Assembly (NCBI RefSeq): GCF_006345805.1 | Contig: NC_042999.1 | Coordinates: 17,360,001 to 17,424,000, forward strand | From: Octopus sinensis | Lineage: Eukaryota | Length of the DNA: 64,000 nt | Direction of reading: 5' to 3' | Shown: one piece after another, positions 36,533-48,868 of the stretch | Layout: each line of letters begins with the position of its first letter | How positions within the stretch are numbered: position 1 is the stretch's first letter | Position numbers and translations under genes: made by a program | Notes under the pieces: generated by a model | What the model was told of the DNA's origin: nothing | Seen by the model: only the letters and a program-made list of their open reading frames with translations | The model's database searches: none

Positions 36533-36579
36533 AGGCCTGCTGATGAGTACGTAAGTATGAATCACTGTGATACAGGTCT
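36533..36579 (+). ncRNA. Hammerhead, unit 2 (one A missing from GAAA)
   Basis: ...GTATGAATCAC...; a real lesion or a homopolymer sequencing error. Confidence 0.65.
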
Positions 36580-37011
36580 ATATTTTTTTAAATGTCTTAC
36601 TTTGAAAAATTGCATTCGGTGGGATTAGTAATATTTTTGGTAGAAATGACTAATTGTCCCTCTTAGCGTTTGGCATGTATGTATAATGCCTTCTGGCATG
36701 TATGTATAATGCCCTCTATATATAAATTAATATGTTCAATAAGAAATAATTATTTTCGAAATTTTTTCTCTTATGAGGTTTTTACGCTATCTACCTGACA
36801 ATTTCTTGTTAAGTTTTCCTTATTAAGTAGTTGTCCTTAATTGCTAAATTTTTATTCCGAAAATACTTTTCCTCTCCCGAGATGCAATTCGTAAAAGTTT
36901 GCCATTTATCCGGATGTAATATATGTAAACTCACCATGTGCTTCGTTGATGTTGAGCAGTTAGCTGATCGGCTTAAGCGGGGCAGGGTCGTTGTTTATTT
37001 ATAATACATTC

Positions 37012-37058
37012 AGGCCTGCTGATGATACGTAAGTATGAAATCACTGTGATACAGGTCT
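37012..37058 (+). ncRNA. Hammerhead, unit 3 (G10.1 missing)
   Basis: CTGATGATACGTAAGTATGAAATC. Confidence 0.65.
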
Positions 37059-37512
37059 ATATTTTTTTAAATGTCTTACTTTGAAAAATTGCATTCGGTG
37101 GGATTAGTAATATTTTTGGTAGAAATGATTAATTGTCCCTCTTAGCGTTTGGCATGTATGTATAATGCCTTCTGGCATGTATGTATAATGCCTTCTGGCA
37201 TGTATGTATAATGCCCTCTATATATAAATTAATATGTTCAATAAGAAATAATTATTTTCGAAATTTTTTCTCTTATGAGGTTTTTACGCTATCTACCTGA
37301 CAATTTCTTGTTAAGTTTTCCTTATTAAGTAGTTGTCCTTAATTGCTAATTTTTATTCCGAAAATACTTTTCCTCTCCCGAGATGCAATTCGTAAAAGTT
37401 TGCCATTTATCCGGATGTAATATATGTAAACTCACCCATGTGCTTCGTTGATGTTGAGCAGTTAGCTGATCGGCTTAGCGGGGCAGGGTCGTTGTTTATT
37501 TATAATACATTC

Positions 37513-37559
37513 AGCCTGCTGATGAGTACGTAAGTATGAAATCACTGTGATACAGGTCT
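37513..37559 (+). ncRNA. Hammerhead, unit 4 (one G missing in distal stem I, core intact)
   Basis: AGCCTG-CTGATGA-GTAC...CAGGTCT. Confidence 0.8.
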
Positions 37560-37988
37560 ATATTTTTTTAAATGTCTTACTTTGAAAAATTGCATTCGGT
37601 GGGATTAGTAATATTTTTGTAGAAATGACTAATTGTCCCTCTTAGCGTTTGGCATGTATGTATATGCCTTCTGGCATGTATGTATAATGCCCTCTATATA
37701 TAAATTAATATGTTCAATAAGAAATAATTATTTTCGAAATTTTTTCTCTTATGAGGTTTTTACGCTATCTACCTGACAATTTCTTGTTAAGTTTTCCTTA
37801 TTAAGTAGTTGTCCTTATTGCTAAATTTTTATTCCGAAAATACTTTTCCTCTCCCGAGATGCAATTCGTAAAAGTTTGCCATTTATCCGGATGTAATATA
37901 TGTAAACTCACCCATTGCTTCGTTGATGTTGAGCAGTTAGCTGATCGGCTTAAGCGGGGCAGGGTCGTTGTTTATTTATAATACATTC

Positions 37989-38036
37989 AGGCCTGCTGAT
38001 GAGTACGTAAGTATGAAATCACTGTGATACAGGTCT
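37989..38036 (+). ncRNA. Hammerhead, unit 5 (intact)
   Basis: Identical to unit 1. Confidence 0.88.
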
Positions 38037-38485
38037 ATATTTTTTTAAATGTCTTACTTTGAAAAATTGCATTCGGTGGATTAGTAATATTTTTGGTAGA
38101 AATGACTAATTGTCCCTCTTAGCGTTTGGCATGTATGTATAATGCCTTCTGGCATGTATGTATATGCCTTCTGGCATGTATGTATAATGCCCTCTATATA
38201 TAAATTAATATGTTCAATAAGAAATATTATTTTCGAAATTTTTTCTCTTATGAGGTTTTTACGCTATCTACCTGACAATTTCTTGTTAAGTTTTCCTTAT
38301 TAAGTAGTTGTCCTTATTGCTAAATTTTTATTCCGAAAATACTTTTCCTCTCCCGAATGCAATTCGTAAAAGTTGCCATTTATCCGGATGTAATATATGT
38401 AAACTCACCCATGTGCTTCGTTGATGTTGAGCAGTTAGCTGATCGGCTTAAGCGGTCAGGGTCGTTGTTTATTTATAATACATTC

Positions 38486-38533
38486 AGGCCTGCTGATGAG
38501 TACGTAAGTATGAAATCACTGTGATACAGGTCT
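38486..38533 (+). ncRNA. Hammerhead, unit 6 (intact)
   Basis: Identical to unit 1. Confidence 0.88.
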
Positions 38534-38964
38534 ATATTTTTTTAAATGTCTTACTTTGAAAAATGCATTCGGTGGGATTAGTATATTTTTGGTAGAAATG
38601 ACTAATTGTCCCTCTTAGCGTTTGGCATGTATGTATAATGCCTTCTGGCATGTATGTATAATGCCCTCTATATATAAATTAATATGTTCAATAAGAAATA
38701 ATTATTTTCGAAATTTTTTCTCTTATGAGGTTTTTACGCTATCTACCTGACAATTTCTTGTTAAGTTTTCCTTATTAAGTAGTTGTCCTTAATTGCTAAA
38801 TTTTTATTCCGAAAATACTTTTCCTCTCCCGAGATGCAATTCGTAAAAGTTTGCCATTTATCCGGATGTAATATATGTAAACTCACCCATGTGCTCCGTT
38901 GATGTTGAGCAGTTAGCTGATCGGCTTAAGCGGGTCAGGGTCGTTGTTTATTTATAATACATTC

Positions 38965-39012
38965 AGGCCTGCTGATGAGTACGTAAGTATGAAATCACTG
39001 TGATACAGGTCT
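38965..39012 (+). ncRNA. Hammerhead, unit 7 (intact)
   Basis: Identical to unit 1. Confidence 0.88.
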
Positions 39013-39448
39013 ATATGATTTTAAATGTCTTACTTTGAAAAATTGCATTCGGTGGGATTAGTAATATTTTTGGTAGAAATGACTAATTGTCCCTCTTAGC
39101 GTTTGGCATGTATGTATAATGCCTTCTGGCATGTATGTATAATGCCCTCTATATATAAATTAATATGTTTAATAAGAAATAATTATATTCGAAATTTTTT
39201 CTCTTATGAGGTTTTTACGCTATCTACCTGACAATTTCTTGTTAAGTTTTCCTTATTAAGTAGTTGTCCTTAATTGCTAAATTTTTATTCCGAAAATACT
39301 TTTCCTCTCCCGAGATGCAATTCGTAAAAGTTTGCCATTTTCCGGATGTAATATATGTAAACTCACCCATGTGCTTCGTTGATGTTGAGCAGTTAGCTGA
39401 TCGGCTTAAGCGGGGCAGGGTCGGTCGTTGTTTATTTATAATACATTC

Positions 39449-39496
39449 AGGCCTGCTGATGAGTACGTAAGTATGAAATCACTGTGATACAGGTCT
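39449..39496 (+). ncRNA. Hammerhead, unit 8 (intact)
   Basis: Identical to unit 1. Confidence 0.88.
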
Positions 39497-39925
39497 ATAT
39501 TTTTTTAAATGTCTTACTTTGAAAAATTGCATTCGGTGGGATTAGTAATATTTTTGGTAGAAATGACTAATTGTCCCTCTTAGCGTTTGGCATGTATGTA
39601 TAATGCCTTCTGGCATGTATGTATAATGCCCTCTATATATAAATTAATATGTTCAATAAGAAATAATTATTTTCGAAATTTTTTCTCTTATGAGGTTTTT
39701 ACGCTATCTACCTGACAATTTCTTGTTAGTTTTCCTTATAAGTAGTTGTCCTTAATTGCTAAATTTTTATTCCGAAAATACTTTTCCTCTCCGAGATGCA
39801 ATTCGTAAAAGTTTGCCATTTATCCGGATGTAATATATGTAAACTCACCCATGTGCTTCGTTGATGTTGAGCAGTTAGCTGATCGGCTTAAGCGGGGCAG
39901 GGTCGTTGTTTATTTATAATACATC

Positions 39926-39973
39926 AGGCCTGCTGATGAGTACGTAAGTATGAAATCACTGTGATACAGGTCT
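39926..39973 (+). ncRNA. Hammerhead, unit 9 (intact)
   Basis: Identical to unit 1. Confidence 0.88.
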
Positions 39974-40405
39974 ATATTTTTTTAAATGTCTTACTTTGAA
40001 AAATTGCATTCGGTGGGATTAGTAATATTTTTGTAGAAATGACTAATTGTCCCTCTTAGCGTTTGGCATGTATGTATAATGCCTTCTGGCATGTATGTAT
40101 AATGCCCTCTATATATAAATTAATATGTTCAATAAGAAATAATTATTTTCGAAATTTTTTCTCTTATGAGGTTTTTACGCTATCTACCTGACAATTTCTT
40201 GTTAAGTTTTCCTTATTAAGTAGTTGTCCTTAATTGCTAAATTTTTATTCCGAAAATACATTTCCTCTCCCGAGATGCAATTCGTAAAAGTTTGCCATTT
40301 ATCCGGATGTAATATATGTAAACTCACCCATGTGCTTCGTTGATGTTGAGCAGTTAGCTGATCGGCTTAAGCGGGTCAGGGTCGTTGTTTATTTATAATA
40401 CATTC

Positions 40406-40453
40406 AGGCCTGCTGATGAGTACGTAAGTATGAAATCACTGTGATACAGGTCT
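40406..40453 (+). ncRNA. Hammerhead, unit 10 (intact)
   Basis: Identical to unit 1. Confidence 0.88.
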
Positions 40454-40887
40454 ATATTTTTTTTAAATGTCTTACTTTGAAAAATTGCATTCGGTGGGAT
40501 TAGTAATATTTTTGGTAGAAATGACTAATTGTCCCTCTTAGCGTTTGGCATGTATGTATAATGCCTTCTGGCATGTATGTATAATGCCCTCTATATATAA
40601 ATTAATATGTTCAATAAGAAATAATTATTTTCGAAATTTTTTCTCTTATGAGGTTTTTACGCTATCTACCTGACAATTTCTTGTTAAGTTTTCCTTATTA
40701 AGTAGTTGTCCTTAATTGCTAAATTTTTATTCCGAAAATACTTTTCCTCTCCCGAGATGCAATTCGTAAAAGTTTGCCATTTATCCGGATGTAATATATG
40801 TAAACTCACCCATGTGCTTCGTTGATGTTGAGCAGTTAGCTGATCGGCTTAAGCGGGGCAGGGTCGTTGTTTATTTATAATACATTC

Positions 40888-40935
40888 AGGCCTGCTGATG
40901 AGTACGTAAGTATGAAATCACTGTGATACAGGTCT
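40888..40935 (+). ncRNA. Hammerhead, unit 11 (intact)
   Basis: Identical to unit 1. Confidence 0.88.
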
Positions 40936-41201
40936 ATATTTTTTTAAATGTCTTACTTTGAAAAATTGCATTCGGTGGGATTAGTAATATTTTTGGTAGA
41001 AATGACTAATTGTCCCTCTTAGCGTTTGGCATGTATGTATAATGCCTTCTGGCATGTATGTATAATGCCCTCTATATATAAATTAATATGTTCAATAAGA
41101 AATAATTATTTTCGAAATTTTTTCTCTTATGAGGTTTTTACGCTATCTACCTGACAATTTCTTGTTAAGTTTTCCTTATTAAGTAGTTGTCCTTAATTGC
41201 T

Positions 41202-41206
<5 letters not shown>

Positions 41207-41275
<69 letters not shown>

Positions 41276-41280
41276 ATTAT

Positions 41281-41367
<87 letters not shown>

Positions 41368-41420
41368 TATAATATATATTATATATATATATATATATGT
41401 ATATATAACTTTATTATATA
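41207..41420. repeat. (TA)n tract at the right boundary of the array
   Basis: Directly visible. Confidence 0.95.
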
Positions 41421-41680
41421 TAGGCGTAGGAGTAGCTGTGTGGTAAGTAGATTGCTTACGAACAACATGGTTCCAGGTTCAGTCCCACTGCGTGGCACCT
41501 TAGGCAAGTGTCTTCTACTATAGCCTCGGGCCGACCAAAGCCACGTGATTTGGATTTGGTAGACAGAAACTGAAAGAAGCCCGTCATATATATGTTTTTG
41601 TGTCAGTGTATGTACCCCCACAACATCGCTTGACAACCGAAGCTGCTGCGTTTACGTACCCGTAACTTAGCAGTTTGGCA
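41421..41680 (+). mobile_element. SINE family A, 3'-truncated
   Basis: AGGCGTAGGAGTAGCTGTGTGGTAAG...GGTTCAGTCCCACTGCGTGGCACC... Confidence 0.8.
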
Positions 41681-43962
41681 TTGTCTTTAATATATAACAT
41701 AAAACTAGTTTCTTTTGGCATTTTTGGTTGGTTAACTTTTGTACATTTCCTTAAGTGATAATCCGATCAGTATTTCCAGAAGTACGGAAAACATATATGC
41801 TTCTTTTATGAGGATAGAGCAAAGGCGGACTATATCCGGTATTATCTCCTATACATGCCAAAATGATTGAAATTATTTTAGTGAAAGACTAATAGCGTTT
41901 TTCCATTCTCTGTCTGCAATTATATCTAGTTTAAAACTACTTTTTACATTAAACAATGCTAACATTAAATTGACAGTTATTTTTCTTGCAGATGGCATCT
42001 TCGAATAATTTAAAATAAAAACACTTGAAATTTTCTACATCAACCAGTGTATATTTACTTAGTAATTTTCTCGTCACTATATTGGCAGTTATAGTGAAAT
42101 CTATGCTTCATCGATAATGCCGGAAATATATCGAAACCCGTCCAGAATTATTTCCTGTACTTGTCGATAAAATTAAATTATTTTTTCTCTTCGCATAATT
42201 ATTTCCAGTTCGCTTTACAATGATACTTACATTAACTATTATTTCTCTAAATTGACTGCAACTTAGCAACAGACAATGGTGTTTGTTAGGTTCTAATTTC
42301 AAACTTCAGGAAATATCTCTATATATTTATCTGAGACTCAGCTAATTTTAACGGTACACATCTACAAATAAATGACTTGGTGATTATTCAGATTTTTTTG
42401 TGTCGAGTTAAATAACTAATATTGATATAATTAAAGCATTTACATTCCATTCCTATTTGTCTCTTTCTTAAGAATGCATTGTAATATATATATTCATATT
42501 ATCTGGAGTAGATAGACAAAAAGATTCAACGGTAACTGATCTAGAGTAGAAAAGCTATGCTATAACAAATGGACACACAGCCTATTGAATACAATACTAA
42601 ACTGTCTGTTTTATACGATTATAATCATATTTTTACTGATTTAAATTCGCTTTTTTTAAATGAAGGCACTGATAACGGGTGTTTATATTACGTCTAATTC
42701 ATTTCCAGACATTATCAGTATTGGATACGAAGCAGGACATCGTCTTTAGGTCCTGCTAGAATTTGATATGAATAACGAAATATAACTAATAGCAACGAAA
42801 ATTAAAATAAAACAGAATGTATCGTTATTACAGTTTATTTTCCTCAATCTATTTTATTATTTAAATTTCAAATGAACACGAGGGTCGTGATTTCTCTGTA
42901 ATTTAAGAAATAAATTTAACCCTTTATTTGTTGGCTTCGTTTTAATTTTACAATAACGAACAAAAATTTAAAATAACGTAAAGAAGAAACGTGAGATTAA
43001 GTAATGTATTAACTTGCATTGATACGTTGTATTTGAAAATGAATTTGGCTGCTGAGGTGATGTTCAATCAATTACTCAATTACCACTAACAGCAAGCGAT
43101 CAAAACAAAACGCGAGTGTTGTTTAGACTCTTAATCAATATCTATTCATTACAATGAGTTAATTTTCTTCCTATCGATCCAAATGCACTGACGCGTTTAT
43201 GCGTGCTTTCTTGAATGGTTTTATCATAATATCAATTCTTTATTTTTCATTTTTTTATGCTGCTATTTTATTTCACCGCGTAACTGATATTAAAAATTAT
43301 ATTCGCAAATGTAAGAATTAAGTCAAAATTAATCCACTTAAAGTAATTTGTGGAGGCTGCATTTACTAAACATTCATGTTCATTAACAAAGCATTGACGT
43401 ACAAATTACAGGAATTTCATTTAATATACCAAATAATTTATTTGTTTTTATTTATAAAATTTGATTATCCATTGCATATACTTTTCATATAATTATGATT
43501 CAGAAAGCACGAACTATATGTTTATTCTGCAGTCCATTGGTTTAATAAATTGTTCGAAGATTGAACAGCAATATTTGTTTAAGGAGGAAAAGTAAATTTT
43601 TCTGCGCAATGTATGAAACATATGTCTTAAATTTATCCAAGAAAAACTATTCTCTTGCATATCGGCTAGCAAAGCAACATTTGAACTAAGCACCTACATG
43701 TTATTAATGAGAGTTTACCGCTGAATATTGGCAAAAAAAAAAAAAAGAAAAATTGTACATCAAAATGTGTAAGTTAATATTATATATTATTTTATACTTA
43801 TATCAATATCTATCGACGCCTCCATCAAGAAGAATCCAGGAACCTACTCTAGGGTCCTTAGGAAGTAATATGGGTAACTACAAAGTTAATAGGATAATAA
43901 CAACAGTATCTATTATATTAGTTCATGTTTTAAAACTGTCTGTCATGTTCTATATCGCACCC

Positions 43963-44120
<158 letters not shown>

Positions 44121-44394
44121 ATATATGGGGTTTGTTCACATGTGATCCAAACGACTGGGTACGCTGGGTAAGTGCTGTACGGAATACCAGGTCTCCACGC
44201 TTGTAGGGGACAAGGAGTAATGGGACAACTGTGATATTTCCGATTGTAGAAGATATATAATTGTTGAAGAGGACAATAATCGCTAAATCAAGACAAACAT
44301 TTTCCAATATTAATAACGTATATGACTTGAGATGTTTGTCTTGCCTTAGCGTTTCTTTTCCACTTTAACAATTATATATAATTATATAGAAAAC

Positions 44395-44580
44395 CGTATT
44401 TCCTCTGCCGTTAAGTTCTGAGTTCAAATTCCGCCGAGGTTGACTTTGCCTTTCATCCTTTCGGTGTCGATAAATTAAGTACCAGTTACGCACTGGGGTC
44501 GATGTAATCAAGTTAATCCGTTTGTCTGTCCTTGTTTGTCCCATCTGTGTTTATCCCCTTGTGGGTAGTAAAGAAATATA
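44395..44580 (+). mobile_element. SINE family B lacking the A-box head
   Basis: Starts CCGTATTTCCTCTGCCG; normal tail. Confidence 0.8.
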
Positions 44581-44629
44581 TATATATACATATGTGTGTA
44601 TATATATATGTATATATATATATGATATA

Positions 44630-44660
<31 letters not shown>

Positions 44661-44664
<4 letters not shown>

Positions 44665-46285
44665 GTAAACAGTAAAAATAATTACAGACATGGACAAGAA
44701 CATGAAACACCACAGAGACGACACAAGAACCACAGGACGGGACATTCGAAGCCCTCAGTCATCAGACAAGAACCAGATCATCTTAGCAATTTCGGCTGAT
44801 TAATCTTGAGATTGCTCCGATATGGCCAGCCCGCCAAGGGAAATCTAAGCCAAGCGCATTAGATCCCCTGGAAGAAAGCTTCGAATGTATACAACACGAG
44901 GACGGAAAACGAACGAAGTACACGAAAAAAAATACAGAATACGTGACACCAATAAGAATACAAAAACGTAAAAACAATAACGGTAAAAATAAAAAATAAA
45001 CAATAAAACAAAACCAGGACGTAGGACAAGGGTCTTTCGACAGGACGAGTTGAGTATGGGGCTGGCTTGTGAAGTTGTGCCTAATGGCCGCAGGGAGACG
45101 AACAATAGTGTTGCTTCTGCGACTGCTGAAACGAAAAGAGCGCTCAACAGCGGCTAGCGGTCACGTGAGAACAAAAGACAGGAGAAAGGGACAGATGAAA
45201 AGAGAGAGAAGGTGGACGAGGGAGGAGAAGAAAGAGGACAGATCGAGGGGCTGGAGGTGAGAGAGAGAGAGAACGTAGAAGGGGGGGGAAGACGGATGAG
45301 AGAGGGAAAGAAAGGAAGGGGAATAAGGGAGGAGAGAGAGAGGACAGAAAGAGACAGATTAAGAGTCGTATCAATGCTAGAGAAAAAATATACTTATCGT
45401 ATAAGGACAATTGTGGATACGTAGCCGCGATTATATAGGTAAACAGTAAAAATAATTACAGACATGGACAAGAACATGAAACACCACAGAGACGACACAA
45501 GAACCACAGGACGGGACATTCGAAGCCTCAGTCATCAGTCAAGAACCAGATCATCTTAGCAATTTCGGCTGATTAATCTTGAGATGCTCCGATATGGCCA
45601 GCCCGCCAAGGGAAATCTAAGCCAAGCGCATTAGATCTCCTGGAAGAAAGCTTCGAATGTATACAACACGAGGACGGAAAACGAACGAAGTACACGAACA
45701 AAAATACATAATACGTGACACCAATAAGAATAGAAAAACGTAAAAAAACAATAACGGTAAAAATAAAAAATAAACAACAAACAAAATCAGGACGTAGGAC
45801 AAGGGTCTTTCGACAGGACGAGTTGAGTATGGGGCTGGCTTGTGAAGTTGTGCCTAATGGCCGCAGGGAGACGAACAAATACGTGTTGCTTCTGCGACTG
45901 CTGAAACGAAAAGAGCGCTCAACAGCGGCTAGCTAGCGGCACGTGAGAACAAAAGAAGGAGAAAGGGACAGATGAAAGGAGAAGAAGGTGGACGAGGGAG
46001 GGAAGAAAGAGACATATCGAGGGGGCTGGAGGTGAGAGAGATAGAGAAACGTAGAGGGGGGGGGAAGACGGATGGAGAGGGAAAGAAAGGAAGGGGAATA
46101 AGGGAGGAGAGAGAGAGAGAGAAAGAGACAGATTAAGAGTCGTATCAATGCTAGAGAAAAAATATACTTATCGTATAAGGACAATTGTGGATACGTAGCC
46201 GCCGATTATATAGGTAGACAGTAAAAATAATTACAGACATGGACAAGAACATGAAACACCACAGAGACGACACAAGAACCACAGG
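44661..46285. repeat. 2.1 tandem copies of a ~775-bp non-coding unit (PLE pseudo-LTR-like)
   Basis: ATAGGTAAACAGTAAAAATAATTACAGACATGG at 44661, 45435 and 46210 (third copy has one substitution); TA-rich flanks. Confidence 0.85.
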
Positions 46286-46349
46286 AATATATATATATTT
46301 ATATATATAAGAAAAAAGGTTGAAAATGCAATTTAAACGATGTTTATTT

Positions 46350-46390
46350 ACTTAACCGGTTTCACTCTTTGGTAAACGATTGTCAAAAGT
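46350..46390 (-). ncRNA. Degenerate U3-A8 hammerhead motif
   Basis: Minus strand ACTT-TTGACAA-TCGTTTACCAAAGAGT-GAA-ACCGGT-T-AAGT: stem I and palindromic stem III intact, stem II damaged. Confidence 0.5.
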
Positions 46391-47607
46391 TACATTTAAG
46401 GAAACATTGAATAATATGGGTTCAAAAAAAGTTTTTTACGTAATTGTCACATTAAATATTATGCATTCAAAAAAGTTTTTTATATAATTGTCACATTGGA
46501 TTATGAATTCAAAAATTTTTTTATACATAATTGTCACATTACATGTATAAATATAGTGTTTGGTAACAGAGAAGTTCAATAGTGTGATGAGAATATTTGG
46601 GAAAATTTGGCAGAAAAGGATAAAACAAATATATTATTGGAAATTGGTTGCGTTAATTATTGGTTGTCGCAAATTGTCACATTACATGTATATATATACT
46701 ATCTTGGTATATATACAGCCTTTTGACAGCAAAAGTTAAAATGGATTTTTTATACATCTCAGAATATTTTAAGTATGTTTTTACTGACCTGTCGGTATTA
46801 GCAGAAAGGCTGAACTGAGAGAACAGAAGAAGTAGCCAATGTGGTGTATACTTCCCCTTTATGCATGAATGATTTTGGGGTTATTAGGAGGTTAGTATGC
46901 GGGTGTGAATAGATGTGTCCGTGCCTGCTGGTCAGATAGCGTCTGTTCGTCACACACATATATATACACACAAACACACACACACACAACAACACACACA
47001 CACACACACATAGTATACAAACACACACCACATACAAACAACACACACAAACACACAGAACACACACACCCACACACAACGCACCCACATATATCACATA
47101 TACACACAGCACACAAATATAACATGTATCTATATATAACATACACAGATATATAACACACATACACACACAACACACCAACACACACCCACGCACCCAC
47201 ATACATACATAATAAAATATCACACAAATACACCTAGCATATATATACACACATACAATACACACATACAGCATGTAAGTAATATACATACACAATATAT
47301 GCATGCAATATACATACGCAATACATACATATAATATATATATATATAGACATGCATATACATATATACACAATATTATATATATATATATATATATATA
47401 TTATACACATACATACATACATACATGCACATACATATATTTTTTCACACACATACACACACATATATATATATAAAAAATTCAACCCCCCCCACACACA
47501 CAAATTACAAACCTATAGCGTACACACTCAAATATATCTCTACATGCCGCACACACACACAAACAAAGTACTAACATATACACACATACCATGCATATAC
47601 ACACACA

Positions 47608-47648
<41 letters not shown>

Positions 47649-47868
47649 CATATATAAAAACAAATACACATGTAAATACATACACACGTACACAATGCTC
47701 GTACACACACGCACACACCCGCACACAGTGCACACACACACATATATACACACGTGCACACACACACACACACAACGCGCGCGCACACACACATATACAC
47801 ACACACGCACACAGTGCACACACACACACATATATATATATACACCCGCGCACACACACACGCAACGT

Positions 47869-47900
<32 letters not shown>

Positions 47901-48085
47901 CACTCACACACATACATCACCTACATATATATAATGCATGCGTGTGCATGCCACGTATGTGTGCGGTCAATGCCCGCTAGTGTGTCCCATGCGTGCCGAT
48001 GCGCGCATGTGCCCGCCCGCACGATATGCTGTGAGCGTGCGCGCGTCCCTGTGTGCTTGCTCTGGATGTGCTTCCAGGGGGTATG

Positions 48086-48540
48086 TTAGAATATGTTTAG
48101 TTGTGGTCTGTATTTTTGAATAAGATTACTTTCCTTATTTATTCGTGTTTGGTCTGTGGTGTTGTCCGAGCATTGTATAGTGGGAAGACTAAGAATTTGG
48201 GGGACTTATTGTGTGCACAAAGGTCTAAGTGTCCACTTAGTGGTATCTGTCTTGTGGAGGGGTCCCTCAGTTGTTGTCGGTGAACTGTCATTCTGTCTCT
48301 GAGGGTAAGGCTCGTTTGCCCTATGTAGTCTTCGTGGCATCTTTCACACCTTATGACGTAGAGTAAATTTTTTGATGCGCACGTGAAATTATTTTTTATG
48401 ATGAATGTGTGTCCCGAGTGGAACTTGTACGACGATCCCTCAATGAGGTGGACGCAGGTCTTGCAGTTGGGGCGACCACATTTTTTGATGGTGGGCGGTG
48501 GGTTTGTGTGTGTAATTTTGCGTTGGTGAGGGGGGGTTTT
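48086..48540 (-). pseudogene. Penelope GIY-YIG endonuclease domain with one frameshift (absent from the ORF track)
   Basis: PTIKKCGRPNCKTCVHLIEGSSYKFHSGHTFIIKNNFTCASKNLLYVIRCERCHEDYIGQTSLTLRDRMTVHRQQLRDPSTRQIPLSGHLDLC...FPLY / CSDNTTDQTRINKESNLIQKYRPQLNIF*, colinear with the C-terminus of 6549..7508. Confidence 0.9.
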
Positions 48541-48588
48541 TTAGGGATTTAGGTTGTCTCTTACTTTTTATTATTTTATGAGCTGCCA

Positions 48589-48632
<44 letters not shown>

Positions 48633-48724
48633 CATATGATGAGGGTACAAACTCATATCAATCAATTAACACCAATTTAAACCAGTGGTCTAGCATATTT
48701 CAAAAATCCGAGCATTTAAAAATT

Positions 48725-48868
48725 ATATTACAATTGATAAGAGGAATGACCACTAAAGTGGGATCCTATAATCTCAAGAAAACACTCTTTGTCGTAAGGC
48801 GATTTGACGTCTATCTGTAGCGTATAGGAATCCACTTTAGTGGCCATTCCTCCTATTTATTGTAATAT
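48725..48868. repeat. Small foldback element (~45-bp imperfect arms)
   Basis: GAGGAATGACCACTAAAGTGGGATCCTATA versus TATAGGAATCCACTTTAGTGGCCATTCCTC; the spacer shares GGCGATTTGACGTCTAT with the 19689 palindrome. Confidence 0.65.

Larger units (their letters stand above)
35952..41206 (+). repeat. Tandem array of eleven ~480-bp non-coding units, each with a type I hammerhead ribozyme (candidate retrozyme or ribozyme satellite)
   Basis: Unit starts (GGATGTAAT) at 35952, 36432, 36912, 37413, 37889, 38386, 38864, 39344, 39826, 40305 and 40787. The last unit is cut at 41206 by (TA)n. Units are nearly identical and have no meaningful ORF. Confidence 0.95.
46295..48545 (-). mobile_element. Second Penelope-like element: GIY-YIG domain, long CA-rich 3' UTR and terminal hammerhead-like motif
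   Basis: See the coding and ncRNA entries inside it; the 3' end resembles that of 6345-8348. Confidence 0.7.

Noticed and set aside
35952-41206. CRISPR-like or coding interpretation of the array (ORF 39264..39470)
   Set aside because: The units are ~480 bp with no unique spacers and no cas genes, in a eukaryotic context. The 68-aa ORF exists only because of a 1-bp deletion in one unit.
44741-44765. CTGATGA...GAA on the minus strand as a canonical hammerhead
   Set aside because: There is no proper stem II, position 15.1 is U, and stem I cannot be formed. It is kept only as a prompt in the tandem finding.
46798-48089. Cluster of Cys/Val- and His/Thr-rich ORFs
   Set aside because: They are (CA)n/(TG)n translations.
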